Below are positions 35,322-47,690 of a DNA stretch of 64,000 bases, piece by piece. The stretch is from the NCBI GenBank assembly GCA_002269645.1, contig NIVC01001066.1:186001-250000 (forward strand), in the 5' to 3' direction. The position numbers and the translations under genes were made by a program. Origin of the DNA: Macrostomum lignano. Lineage: Eukaryota. Every line of letters begins with the position of its first letter. Positions within the stretch are counted from its first letter, which is position 1. Under the pieces are notes generated by a model that did no database searches, was not told the origin of the DNA, and was given only the letters and a program-made list of their open reading frames with translations.

Positions 35322-35372
35322 GAAACCGATTTTACCCCTCCTGCTTTTAACTGCCTCGCTCAGCCCGCTCCC

Positions 35373-37934
35373 GTGCCCTGCATCGTCAAGCCTCCAGTGC
35401 GGAAGTCCGATCTGACGCAGCCAGTGGGCGATCTCTGCATCGACGCCTGGCGCTCCGAGCTTGTGGGCGACCCCGACGCTGATTTTATTCTCGACGGCAT
35501 CGAGAGCGGCTTCTCCATTGTCGATGACTTCGACTTTACGCCGTGTCTCTGCAGCAACTACCAGTCCGTCAACCGGAATCGCGACCAAGTCCAAGCTGTT
35601 ATCGGTGAAGAAATCCGGCTCGGGAGGTACGTCCCAGTCGTGGACAAGCCTGCGATGGTCTGTCCGCTGGGAGCCATTCCGAAAGACAGCTCCGGCATCC
35701 GGCTAATCCATGATTGCTCCGTCCCTCGCGGCTGCAGCCTGAACGATCACTATGCCCAACAACGGCGTCTCCGCTTCACCTCCGTCGACGAGGCCGTCAG
35801 GATGATGCAGCCCGGCTGGTTTATGGCAAAGGTGGACATCGCGTCAGCCTACCGCAGCGTGCCAATTTCTCCGCAGTGCTACCAAGCCACCGGCATCCAC
35901 TGGGACTTCGGCAATGGCTGCTCAACCTTCCTGGTGGATACGCGGTTACCATTCGGCAGCAGAGCCTCCGTCAGCATTTTCCATCGCCTCACGCAAGCGG
36001 CCCGGCGAATGATGTGTCGCAAGGGGTTCCTGGCAACCGTCGTTTTCATCGATGACTTCCTCGTCATGGCCAGGACGAAAGCCGAGTGTGACAGGGCCTA
36101 CCACGAGCTGCGCAACCTGCTCACCAGGCTTGGCTTCACCATCAACGAGAAAAAGTCGGTGCCGCCGACGACAAAGCTGCGATTCCTCGGCATTGACATC
36201 GACACCGTTCAAGCCAGTCTTTCCTTCCCAGCCGACAAAGCCGAAAAGCTTCAGCTTCTCCTTGACACCTGCCTCTCGCGGAGGAGCCTGTGCAAGGCGG
36301 AACTGCAGAAGCTGCTCGGGCACCTCAGCCACTTGTGCACTGCCGCCCAGCACGGGCGAACTTTCCTGCGGCCGCTGATCGAGCTGGTCAACAGCCTGGC
36401 GCATCCGTCCGACAGGGTCGGCGTCACGGAGGAGCTCCAGTCGCAGCTGAGGTGGTGGATGACCGCGTTGAGCACGCTGCCGCCTAGAGCTGCCTGGCCC
36501 TCGCGTCGGCCGGCTGGAGCGATTGAGTCTGACGCCTGTGACATTGGAGGCGGTGCTGTGCTGCATTTCGTCGACAGAGAACCGGTTTGGCTCTACATCG
36601 ACTGGCAGTCCGACTGTGATGGCGCGTTCAAGGAGCTGCACATCAACCTCAAGGAGTGCGCCGCCCCGCTGGTTGCGATTCTGCAGCACCAAGAAGCCTT
36701 CAGCGGCTGCTCGGTTGCAGTCTACACTGACAGCACCGCCGCCTGCGGCATCATTAACTCGGGTTCCGCCAAGCACCAAGGTATTGCCGACCTGCAGAAG
36801 CGCGTCGCCCTGACCTGCATTCAACGCGACATCATCGTCCGCGCGCACCATGTGCCTGGCCGCTTCCAGCTGCTCGCAGACCCGCTGTCCAGAGCGCATG
36901 ACCCCAGCCAGCTTGCCAACTTTCTGTTTCGCTTCTATGGCACCTGCTATGTGCCAACCAGCTTGCTTGCCTCCGCTTGCTTGAGCTCTGCCGCTGCCTC
37001 CCACCTTCTGTTTCAGGTCCGCCTCCTGTGGTCCCGGGTCCCGGCCTCTCCGCACCGGCACGTCGACTGCTCAGCCAAGGCTTCGCCAGCTCAACTCGCT
37101 CCGCCTACGCCAGCCAGTGCGCGTCCTGGATGCGATTCTGCGCCGCCCACAGACTTCAACCGCTGTCAGCGCAGCCCGCCGACGTGTGCAACTACCTGGC
37201 GGAGCTGGCGAACAACCGGCTGTTCTCAGTCAGCAGCCTATCCTGCCACCTCGCCGCCGTGTCTTGGCTCTACAAATCAAACAGCGTGGCTGACCCGACG
37301 AGGCAGCCACTGGTTCAGCTTGCCCTGCGCGGCGCCCGCCGGCTCCTCGGCGCCGCCCCAAGGAGCAAACGAGCGTTGCGGCCGGCCGACCTGCAGCGGC
37401 TGCACGGCGTGCTGCGACCTGAAGAGCCCAGGGACTGCGCATTCTGGTGCGCCTGCATCGTGGGCTGGTGGGCCATGCTACGGCGAGCCAACCTGTGCGT
37501 ATCCGGCCGGTTCGATCCGCAGCGAGACCTCAGTGCGAGCTGCATCCGGCCGTCAAGGGCGGGCGTCATCCTCGTCATTCCGAGGTCGAAGACCAACCAG
37601 TTCGGGGCGCGCCAGCACCGAGTTTTCTTGCCGCAGCTCCCAGACGGACATCCACTCTGCCCGGTCACCGCGCTCCAGAAGCAGCTGCGCATTAACCGAC
37701 CGCAGGACGCCCAGCATCACTTGTTCAGTACCCGAACCAGACGGTCCACCGCACCGCTCACCGCGCGCACCTTCGCGAGGCGCCTGTCCGCGGCACTTCG
37801 ACAGGCCGGGTTCGCCGAGCCAGCCAGGTTCTCTGGGCACTCGTTGCGTCGAGGTGGCGCTACATCCGCGGCGGAGGCCGGCATCCCCATCGATTCAATC
37901 ATGCGAGTCGGTGACTGGGCAAGCAGCGCTGTAG
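35373..37934 (+). CDS. Ngaro ORF2: reverse transcriptase + RNase H (no ATG start; frame open back through 35289)
   Basis: RLIHDCS, KVDIASAYR, LPFGSRAS, FIDDFL, FLGIDID; RNase H IESDACDIG, VYTDS, ADPLSR. Confidence 0.93.
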   Translation: MPCIVKPPVRKSDLTQPVGDLCIDAWRSELVGDPDADFILDGIESGFSIVDDFDFTPCLCSNYQSVNRNRDQVQAVIGEEIRLGRYVPVVDKPAMVCPLGAIPKDSSGIRLIHDCSVPRGCSLNDHYAQQRRLRFTSVDEAVRMMQPGWFMAKVDIASAYRSVPISPQCYQATGIHWDFGNGCSTFLVDTRLPFGSRASVSIFHRLTQAARRMMCRKGFLATVVFIDDFLVMARTKAECDRAYHELRNLLTRLGFTINEKKSVPPTTKLRFLGIDIDTVQASLSFPADKAEKLQLLLDTCLSRRSLCKAELQKLLGHLSHLCTAAQHGRTFLRPLIELVNSLAHPSDRVGVTEELQSQLRWWMTALSTLPPRAAWPSRRPAGAIESDACDIGGGAVLHFVDREPVWLYIDWQSDCDGAFKELHINLKECAAPLVAILQHQEAFSGCSVAVYTDSTAACGIINSGSAKHQGIADLQKRVALTCIQRDIIVRAHHVPGRFQLLADPLSRAHDPSQLANFLFRFYGTCYVPTSLLASACLSSAAASHLLFQVRLLWSRVPASPHRHVDCSAKASPAQLAPPTPASARPGCDSAPPTDFNRCQRSPPTCATTWRSWRTTGCSQSAAYPATSPPCLGSTNQTAWLTRRGSHWFSLPCAAPAGSSAPPQGANERCGRPTCSGCTACCDLKSPGTAHSGAPASWAGGPCYGEPTCAYPAGSIRSETSVRAASGRQGRASSSSFRGRRPTSSGRASTEFSCRSSQTDIHSARSPRSRSSCALTDRRTPSITCSVPEPDGPPHRSPRAPSRGACPRHFDRPGSPSQPGSLGTRCVEVALHPRRRPASPSIQSCESVTGQAAL

Positions 37935-38005
37935 AGCGGTACCTACCGCCTTCGGTTGAGCGCGGTGCGCCGCTGCGCCTGGCTTCACTCCTCCCCTCAG
38001 CGTGA
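36977..38005 (+). CDS. Ngaro ORF3: tyrosine recombinase overlapping ORF2
   Basis: AMLRRAN (Arg), SKTNQ (Lys), CPV, FSGHSLRRGGAT (HxxR), VGDWASSAVERY (catalytic Tyr). Confidence 0.93.
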   Translation: MLELCRCLPPSVSGPPPVVPGPGLSAPARRLLSQGFASSTRSAYASQCASWMRFCAAHRLQPLSAQPADVCNYLAELANNRLFSVSSLSCHLAAVSWLYKSNSVADPTRQPLVQLALRGARRLLGAAPRSKRALRPADLQRLHGVLRPEEPRDCAFWCACIVGWWAMLRRANLCVSGRFDPQRDLSASCIRPSRAGVILVIPRSKTNQFGARQHRVFLPQLPDGHPLCPVTALQKQLRINRPQDAQHHLFSTRTRRSTAPLTARTFARRLSAALRQAGFAEPARFSGHSLRRGGATSAAEAGIPIDSIMRVGDWASSAVERYLPPSVERGAPLRLASLLPSA

Positions 38006-38550
38006 CCTCCTCCCTGGTTTGGGATTTTTGGACTCGTTTCGTCCGCTGCCTTTGTCGCCACGCCTGTGCCTTCCCTCTTGCTGCTTTTGGCCCTGTTGGC
38101 TAAGGTTGCGATTTCAGGGGCCGGTTTTAACCTGCTCTGTAATCGTGTTTAGCCGACGGGGCCGCCCCCTCCGCCCGTCTGTGCGTGCGGCCCGCGCGTG
38201 TGCATCCCTGCCGCAAGGTGGGGTGCTGGGTGCCGGCCGGCAGGCGGGGGTGTTGGGTTGGGGGTGGGCGGCGTCGGCCCCCTTTTATTTGTGCGCTCAC
38301 GCTCTCTCGTGCGCGCTGCGAGAGCGCTTTGGCTCGTAAAATTTTTTTTTATTAATTTTCTTGTAATGCTTTTATTCCGTTGCTTCGTGACTTCCCTTTT
38401 AATCGCCTCAAATCCTAAAATATATTCGCTATCGCAGGACTCGTTTCGTCCGCTGCCTTTGTCGCCACGCCTGTGCCTTCCCTCTTGCTGCTTTTGGCCC
38501 TGTTGGCTAACTTGCTATTATAGACCATAAAGCCATGAACGTCCATCCAT

Positions 38551-41322
38551 TCCTCTCTTAATACTAAAGTTGGTGCGTTGTTTGTCTGTTTGTGTGATAC
38601 AAATCTCCTCCTAGACGACTTGCAAGTCAGCGTTGAAACTTATATTGAAAAACTGCAAATTTTCCGAGGATGGCAGTGGGCTATTTCAATTTTTTATTTT
38701 CACGTCTTAAGATCCCTAAAAAAGCAGAAGTAGTAAAACAATAGGGGAATATGAACATCTTGCGTAATTTATAATTATTGCGCCACAACAGCCGGCCTAT
38801 CTGTGCAGTGTATTCTTTCAACTGAAGGGGGTAAGCTGGGCCGGTTGACATCAATTTTTAGCGATTGCGCCACAACTGTGTGCACTGAGAACTTAACCAA
38901 ACCCCCTGTGTTGAGGGTGCTGGGGCGGCAGTGGAATTCAATGAATAAACTTGCAAGCCTTTTTAGCAGGCAGTGCACGTATGCGTACACTCGATAGTTC
39001 AATGCTTTAAATTGGGATATTTCAAACGCCAACTGTTCCTCGAGTTTTGAACTCTGAGAGAAGAGACTTATATTGCTGGAAAGATCTTTCAATGCTGACT
39101 TCGAGGATATAAGTTGTTTGCTTTAAATATGAAAGCAAAAAGCAAAGCAAAAGCAAAGACGATATTTCAATACTTTTAACTCTCTGCAAAGATTGTACTC
39201 ATTTTACGGGTTCAATGGGGGTTCGACCGACACCCCAACAGTTAGGGGGGGGGGTTGAATTTCTAACCTTCACTGCGTATTGGAAGGGGTCGGTCGCTGT
39301 GTATTGGAGGGTTGATTTAGATTGCGCAACTTTTTTCCTAATTTTACCGAGACTGATACTGAATGACTATGAAATTGGTTGCGCATTCAACTGATTCAAT
39401 TGGTTCAATTTTTTTATCGGCGCCTTTCAACACGCTGCTGTGTGTAGCTCTAACCCTAACCCTAACCCTAACCCTAACCATTGAATCCTGGGAGTTTATT
39501 CCCTTTGACGGAGAAAATTTCGATTAAGTCCAGTTTCACGGAGAGAATTTCAATGGTTTTCAGTTTCTTGGAGATGATTTCTGTCTTGCGGAGAGGATTT
39601 CGATGGTTTTCAGTTTCACGGAGAGGATTTCTGTTTCGTGGAGAGAATTTTGATGTATTTCTGTTTTACGGAGACAATTTTGATGGATTTTAGTTTCACG
39701 CAGAGGATTTCCTTGGAGTTCAGTTTCCCGGAGAGGATTTCTGTTTCGTGGAGAGAATTTTGATGTATTTCTGTTTTACGGAGACAATTTTGATGGATTT
39801 TAGTTTCACGCAGAGGATTTCCTTGGAGTTCAGTTTCCCGGAGAGGATTTCTGTTTCGTGAAGAGAATTTTGATGTATTTCTGTTTTACGGAGACAATTT
39901 TGATGGATTTTAGTTTCACGCAGAGGATTTCCTTGGAGTTCAGTTTCCCGGAGAGGATTTCTGTTTCGCGGAGAGGATTTCGATGGTGTTCAGTTTTGCG
40001 GTGAGGAGTTGGATGATGGGATTCAGTTAGTGGATTTCAGGGAATGGAATTCCGGTGATGGGAGTTCTTCCCCTTTCTCCTCCAGCGGAGGAGTTGGCCT
40101 CGTTAATACTAAAAGTGGTGCGATGTTTGTCTGTCTGTATGTTGCAATTTTTCTCCTAGACTACTTGCAACTCAGCGTTGAAACTTATATGGGTAAACTG
40201 CAAATTTTCCGGGTTGGGTTTATAGCTATTTTAATCTTTCATTTTTATATTTTAAGATCCCTAAAAAAGCAGAAATAATAAAACAATAGGGAATATGATC
40301 CACCTTGCGCAACTCTTAGTGATTGCGCCACAACAGCTGGCCTATCTGTGTAGTGTATTCTTTTAGCTAAAGGGGTGTAACTGGGCCAGTTGGCATCAAT
40401 TTTTAGTGATTACGCCACAACTTTCTCCTATCTCGGCAGTGTATTTTCTCTCCAATGGGGGAATGGGGGCATTCTCAGTGGCTGCGTGTGTACAATCGGA
40501 CCCTAGCTCACTGGCTGATTGTATAGACAATTGCGCAACGATATGTTTTCTGATTTTCAATAGGCAGCCCTGTGTATTTGTTGGACACTGTGTATTTGTT
40601 GGACAGTAAAATTCAATGAATAAACTTGCGAGCCTCCCACTGCTGCAGGCAGTGAACGGACACTCGATAGTTCAATTCCTTAAAACGGGAAATTTCAAAG
40701 CCAAACTGTTCCTTGAGTTTTAAACTTTAAGAGAAGAGACTTATATTGCTGGAAAGAGGTTGCAATGCTGAGTTAGGGGATATAAGTTGTTTGCTCTAAA
40801 TGTGAAAATTGAAAGCACAGCATTCAAAAAGTGATTTCCATACTTTTAACTTTTTGCAAAGATTGTACTCCATTTCGGGGGTTCAATGAGGGTTTGACAG
40901 ACTCCCAACAGTGGGGGGTTCAATTTCTAGCTGCACTGCGTATTCGAAGGGGTTCGGTCGCAGTGTATTGGAGGGTTGATTTAGATTGCGCAATTTTTTT
41001 GTTAACTTTAACCGAGGCTGATACTGACTGCCTGAGAAATAAGTTGCGCAATTTAATTGGTTCAATGTTTTAACGGCGCCTTTCAACACGCAGCTGTGTG
41101 TAGCTCTAACCCCTAACCATAACCAATGAATTCTGAGAGCTGGGTTCTGTTTGACGGAGAAATTTCGATTGAGTCCAGTTACACGGAGAGGATTTTCGCG
41201 GAGAGGATTTTGATGGTGTTCAGTTTCACGGAGACAATTTCTGTTTCGCGGAGAGTTCAGGAAATGGGATTCCGGTGATGGGAGTTCTTCCTCTTTCTCC
41301 TCCAGCGGAGGAGTTGGCCTCG
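38551..41322 (+). mobile_element. Two tandem diverged Helitron-like units (D ~38551-40102, E 40103-41322)
   Basis: Both start T..TAATACTAAA(A)GT(T/G)GGTGCG..TGTTTGTCTG and end with hairpin CTCCTCCAGCGGAGGAG + TTGGCCTCG|T; collinear internal similarity; D has 3x110-bp repeats at 39621-39960. Confidence 0.7.
39450..39479 (-). repeat. Interstitial telomeric (TTAGGG)5 inside unit D
   Basis: (CTAACC)5 on the + strand. Confidence 0.9.
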
Positions 41323-41989
41323 TATATACTAAAAATGAAATGCTTGGTTGCTTGCTTGTAATTGATTTTCTCCCGAACGGCTCAACCGATTTTCTTCAAA
41401 CTTGCACCATTCGATCAGAAATTTTTCCGTGACGGTACATGCATCGTGGCTAAGAAATTGCTCAATGTTAAAGGGATTAAATATTCGAAAAACATGCTTT
41501 TTTGCAAAGGTCAAGCAGCTATTTCGACTTGAAACGCACTGTAAAAATGCTAGAGAAAAAACTGACTGGTTGAATTCTGATTCTGAAATAGATTGCATCA
41601 CAATACACTTTATTTATCGTCTGTGTACTGGCTGAATTTGACACTCAATTGAATTGCGTCACAGCTTTGAGTGTGAAAGTATAGTGCAGTACTGAATTTA
41701 TATTACGTAACCATATTGTTAGCTTTCATAGACACTGGTACTGACTTGCCTAAGAAATTGATTATGTCATAACTGCTTCGCGTGACTTTTTACTCTACCT
41801 GACTTGGTGTGAGTGTTGAATTATATAAGTGGTACAAATTCACTGATAACTTCGATGAGAGCTAGCCTAGAGCTGAGCAGACCAGACTGCTAATGCAGCG
41901 ACCTGGGTTCGAATCTAAGTAGTTTAAAAGTAGTAGTGTAAAAATTTTTATTAAAAGCTTTTATTAAAGGACTAAATAAAAACACTTAG

Positions 41990-44900
41990 ATTACTGCACT
42001 CGATAAGCTAAGGATTATTGCTATTAATAAACCAAGGATTACTGCACTCAATAAACCAAGGACTATTGCTCTTGGCAAACCAAGGATTACTGCACTTGAT
42101 TAATCAAGGATTATTGCTATTAATAAACCAAGGATTACTGCACTCGATAAGCCAAGGATTATTGCTATTAATAAACCAAGGATTACTGCACTCAATAAAC
42201 CAAGGACTATTGCTCTTGGCAAACCAAGGATTACTGCACTTGATTAATCAAGGATTATTGCTATTAATAAACCAAGGATTACTGCACTCGATAAGCCAAG
42301 GATTATTGCTATTAATAAACCAAGGATTACTGCACTCAATAAACCAAGGACTATTGCTATTAATAAACCAAGGATTACTGCACTCAATAAACCAAGGACT
42401 ATTGCTCTTGGCAAACCAAGGATTACTGCACTCGATAAGCCAAGGACTATTGCTCTTGGCAAACCAAGGATTACTGCACTCGATAAGCCATGGATTATTG
42501 CTATTAATAAACCAAGGATTACTGCACTCGATAAGCCAAGGATTATTGCTATTAATAAACCAAGGATTACTGCACTCGATAAGCCAAGGATTATTGCTAT
42601 TAATAAACCAAGGATTATGCACTTGGCAAACCAAGGATTACTGCACTCGATAAGCCAAGGATTATTGCTATTAATAAACCAAGGATTACTGCACTCAATA
42701 AACCAAGGACTATTGCTCTTGGCAAACCAAGGATTACTGCACTTGATTAATCAAGGATTATTGCTATTAATAAACCAAGGATTACTGCACTCGATAAGCC
42801 AAGGATTATTGCTATTAATAAACCAAGGATTACTGCACTCAATAAACCAAGGACTATTGCTATTAATAAACCAAGGATTACTGCACTCAATAAACCAAGG
42901 ACTATTGCTCTTGGCAAACCAAGGATTACTGCACTCGATAAGCCAAGGACTATTGCTCTTGGCAAACCAAGGATTACTGCACTCGATAAGCCATGGATTA
43001 TTGCTATTAATAAACCAAGGATTACTGCACTCGATAAGCCAAGGATTATTGCTATTAATAAACCAAGGATTACTGCACTCGATAAGCCAAGGATTATTGC
43101 TATTAATAAACCAAGGATTATGCACTTGGCAAACCAAGGATTACTGCACTCGATAAGCCAAGGATTATTGCTATTAATAAACCAAGGATTACTGCACTCA
43201 ATAAACCAAGGACTATTGCTCTTGGCAAACCAAGGATTACTGCACTTGATTAATCAAGGATTATTGCTATTAATAAACCAAGGATTACTGCACTCGATAA
43301 GCCAAGGATTATTGCTATTAATAAACCAAGGATTACTGCACTCAATAAACCAAGGACTATTGCTCTTGGCAAACCAAGGATTACTGCACTTGATTAATCA
43401 AGGATTATTGCTATTAATAAACCAAGGATTACTGCACTCGATAAGCCAAGGATTATTGCTATTAATAAACCAAGGATTACTGCACTCAATAAACCAAGGA
43501 CTATTGCTATTAATAAACCAAGGATTACTGCACTCAATAAACCAAGGACTATTGCTCTTGGCAAACCAAGGATTACTGCACTCGATAAGCCAAGGACTAT
43601 TGCTCTTGGCAAACCAAGGATTACTGCACTCGATAAGCCAAGGATTATTGCTATTAATAAACCAAGGATTACTGCACTCGATAAGCCAAGGATTATTGCT
43701 ATTAATAAACCAAGGATTACTGCACTCGATAAGCCAAGGATTATTGCTATTAATAAACCAAGGATTATGCACTTGGCGAACCAAGGATTACTGCACTCGA
43801 TAAGCCAAGGATTATTGCTATTAATAAACCAAGGATTACTGCACTCAATAAACCAAGGATTATTGCTATTAATAAACCAAGGATTACTGCACTCGATAAG
43901 CCAAGGATTATTGCTATTAATAAACCAAGGATTACTGCACTCAATAAACCAAGGACTATTGCTATTAATAAACCAAGGATTACTGCACTCAATAAACCAA
44001 GGACTATTGCTCTTGGCAAACCAAGGATTACTGCACTCGATAAGCCAAGGACTATTGCTCTTGGCAAACCAAGGATTACTGCACTCGATAAGCCATGGAT
44101 TATTGCTATTAATAAACCAAGGATTACTGCACTCGATAAGCCAAGGATTATTGCTATTAATAAACCAAGGATTACTGCACTCGATAAGCCAAGGATTATT
44201 GCTATTAATAAACCAAGGATTATGCACTTGGCAAACCAAGGATTACTGCACTCGATAAGCCAAGGATTATTGCTATTAATAAACCAAGGATTACTGCACT
44301 CAATAAACCAAGGACTATTGCTCTTGGCAAACCAAGGATTACTGCACTTGATAATCAAGGATTATTGCTATTAATAAACCAAGGATTACTGCACTCGATA
44401 AGCCAAGGATTATTGCTATTAATAAACCAAGGATTACTGCACTCAATAAACCAAGGACTATTGCTCTTGGCAAACCAAGGATTACTGCACTTGATTAATC
44501 AAGGATTATTGCTATTAATAAACCAAGGATTACTGCACTCGATAAGCCAAGGATTATTGCTATTAATAAACCAAGGATTACTGCACTCAATAAACCAAGG
44601 ACTATTGCTATTAATAAACCAAGGATTACTGCACTCAATAAACCAAGGACTATTGCTCTTGGCAAACCAAGGATTACTGCACTCGATAAGCCAAGGACTA
44701 TTGCTCTTGGCAAACCAAGGATTACTGCACTCGATAAGCCATGGATTATTGCTATTAATAAACCAAGGATTACTGCACTCGATAAGCCAAGGATTATTGC
44801 TATTAATAAACCAAGGATTACTGCACTCGATAAGCCAAGGATTATTGCTATTAATAAACCAAGGATTATGCACTTGGCAAACCAAGGATTACTGCACTCG

Positions 44901-47690
44901 ATAAGCCAAGGATTATTGCTATCAATAAACCAAGGATTACTGCACTCAATAAACCAAGGACTATTGCTCTTGGCAAACCAAGGATTACTGCACTTGATTA
45001 ATCAAGGATTATTGCTATTAATAAACCAAGGATTACTGCACTCGATAAGCCAAGGATTATTGCTATTAATAAACCAAGGATTACTGCACTCAATAAACCA
45101 AGGACTATTGCTCTTGGCAAACCAAGGATTACTGCACTTGATTAATCAAGGATTATTGCTATTAATAAACCAAGGATTACTGCACTCGATAAGCCAAGGA
45201 TTATTGCTATTAATAAACCAAGGATTACTGCACTCAATAAACCAAGGACTATTGCTATTAATAAACCAAGGATTACTGCACTCAATAAACCAAGGACTAT
45301 TGCTCTTGGCAAACCAAGGATTACTGCACTCGATAAGCCAAGGACTATTGCTCTTGGCAAACCAAGGATTACTGCACTCGATAAGCCATGGATTATTGCT
45401 ATTAATAAACCAAGGATTACTGCACTCGATAAGCCAAGGATTATTGCTATTAATAAACCAAGGATTACTGCACTCGATAAGCCAAGGATTATTGCTATTA
45501 ATAAACCAAGGATTATGCACTTGGCAAACCAAGGATTACTGCACTCGATAAGCCAAGGATTATTGCTATCAATAAACCAAGGATTACTGCACTCAATAAA
45601 CCAAGGACTATTGCTCTTGGCAAACCAAGGATTACTGCACTTGATTAATCAAGGATTATTGCTATTAATAAACCAAGGATTACTGCACTCGATAAGCCAA
45701 GGATTATTGCTATTAATAAACCAAGGATTACTGCACTCAATAAACCAAGGACTATTGCTCTTGGCAAACCAAGGATTACTGCACTTGATTAATCAAGGAT
45801 TATTGCTATTAATAAACCAAGGATTACTGCACTCGATAAGCCAAGGATTATTGCTATTAATAAACCAAGGATTACTGCACTCAATAAACCAAGGACTATT
45901 GCTATTAATAAACCAAGGATTACTGCACTCAATAAACCAAGGACTATTGCTCTTGGCAAACCAAGGATTACTGCACTCGATAAGCCAAGGACTATTGCTC
46001 TTGGCAAACCAAGGATTACTGCACTCGATAAGCCAAGGATTATTGCTATTAATAAACCAAGGATTACTGCACTCGATAAGCCAAGGATTATTGCTATTAA
46101 TAAACCAAGGATTACTGCACTCGATAAGCCAAGGATTATTGCTATTAATAAACCAAGGATTATGCACTTGGCAAACCAAGGATTACTGCACTCGATAAGC
46201 CAAGGATTATTGCTATTAATAAACCAAGGATTACTGCACTCAATAAACCAAGGACTATTGCTCTTGGCAAACCAAGGATTACTGCACTTGATTAATCAAG
46301 GATTATTGCTATTAATAAACCAAGGATTACTGCACTCGATAAGCCAAGGATTATTGCTATTAATAAACCAAGGATTACTGCACTCAATAAACCAAGGACT
46401 ATTGCTCTTGGCAAACCAAGGATTACTGCACTTGATTAATCAAGGATTATTGCTATTAATAAACCAAGGATTACTGCACTCGATAAGCCAAGGATTATTG
46501 CTATTAATAAACCAAGGTTTACTGCAATCAATAAACCAAGGACTATTGCTATTAATAAACCAAGGATTACTGCACTCAATAAACCAAGGACTATTGCTCT
46601 TGGCAAACCAAGGATTACTGCACTCGATAAGCCAAGGACTATTGCTCTTGGCAAACCAAGGATTACTGCACTCGATAAGCCATGGATTATTGCTATTAAT
46701 AAACCAAGGATTACTGCACTCGATAAGCCAAGGATTATTGCTATTAATAAACCAAGGATTACTGCACTCGATAAGCCAAGGATTATTGCTATTAATAAAC
46801 CAAGGATTATGCACTTGGCAAACCAAGGATTACTGCACTCGATAAGCCAAGGATTATTGCTATTAATAAACCAAGGATTACTGCACTCAATAAACCAAGG
46901 ACTATTGCTCTTGGCAAACCAAGGATTACTGCACTCGATAAGCCAAGGACTATTGCTCTTGGCAAACCAAGGATTACTGCACTCGATAAGCCATGGATTA
47001 TTGCTATTAATAAACCAAGGATTACTGCACTCGATAAGCCAAGGATTATTGCTATTAATAAACCAAGGATTACTGCACTCGATAAGCCAAGGATTATTGC
47101 TATTAATAAACCAAGGATTATGCACTTGGCAAACCAAGGATTACTGCACTCGATAAGCCAAGGATTATTGCTATTAATAAACCAAGGATTACTGCACTCA
47201 ATAAACCAAGGACTATTGCTCTTGGCAAACCAAGGATTACTGCACTTGATTAATCAAGGATTATTGCTATTAATAAACCAAGGATTACTGCACTCGATAA
47301 GCCAAGGATTATTGCTATTAATAAACCAAGGATTACTGCACTTGATTAATCAAGGATTATTGCTATTAATAAACCAAGGATTACTGCACTCGATAAGCAT
47401 GGATTATTGCTATTAATAAACCAAGGATTACTGCACTCGATAAGCCAAGGATTATTGCTATTAATAAACCAAGGATTACTGCACTCGATAAGCCAAGGAT
47501 TATTGCTATTAATAAACCAAGGATTACTGCACTCATAAGCCATGGATTATTGCTATTAATAAACCAAGGATTACTTACTGCACTTGGCAAACCAAGAATT
47601 ACTGCACTCGATAAGCCATGGATTATTGCTATTAATAAACCAAGGATTACTGCACTCGATAGCCAAGGATTACTGCGCTTGATAAGCTTG
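41990..47690 (+). repeat. 24-bp satellite (ATAAACCAAGGATTACTGCACTCG and variants) with a 647-bp higher-order repeat
   Basis: A 23-bp deletion monomer (GGATTATGCACTTGG) recurs at spacings of 503, 647, ~454, 647, 647, 647, 647 and 311; 647 = 27x24-1. Confidence 0.95.

Larger units (their letters stand above)
34012..38510 (+). mobile_element. Ngaro-type tyrosine-recombinase (DIRS order) retrotransposon with split direct repeats A1-ORFs-B1-A2-B2, apparently intact
   Basis: A1 34012-34258 and A2 38103-38348 (differ by one C); B1 38030-38103 and B2 38437-38510 identical; gag, RT-RNase H and YR ORFs; no methyltransferase seen. Confidence 0.93.
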
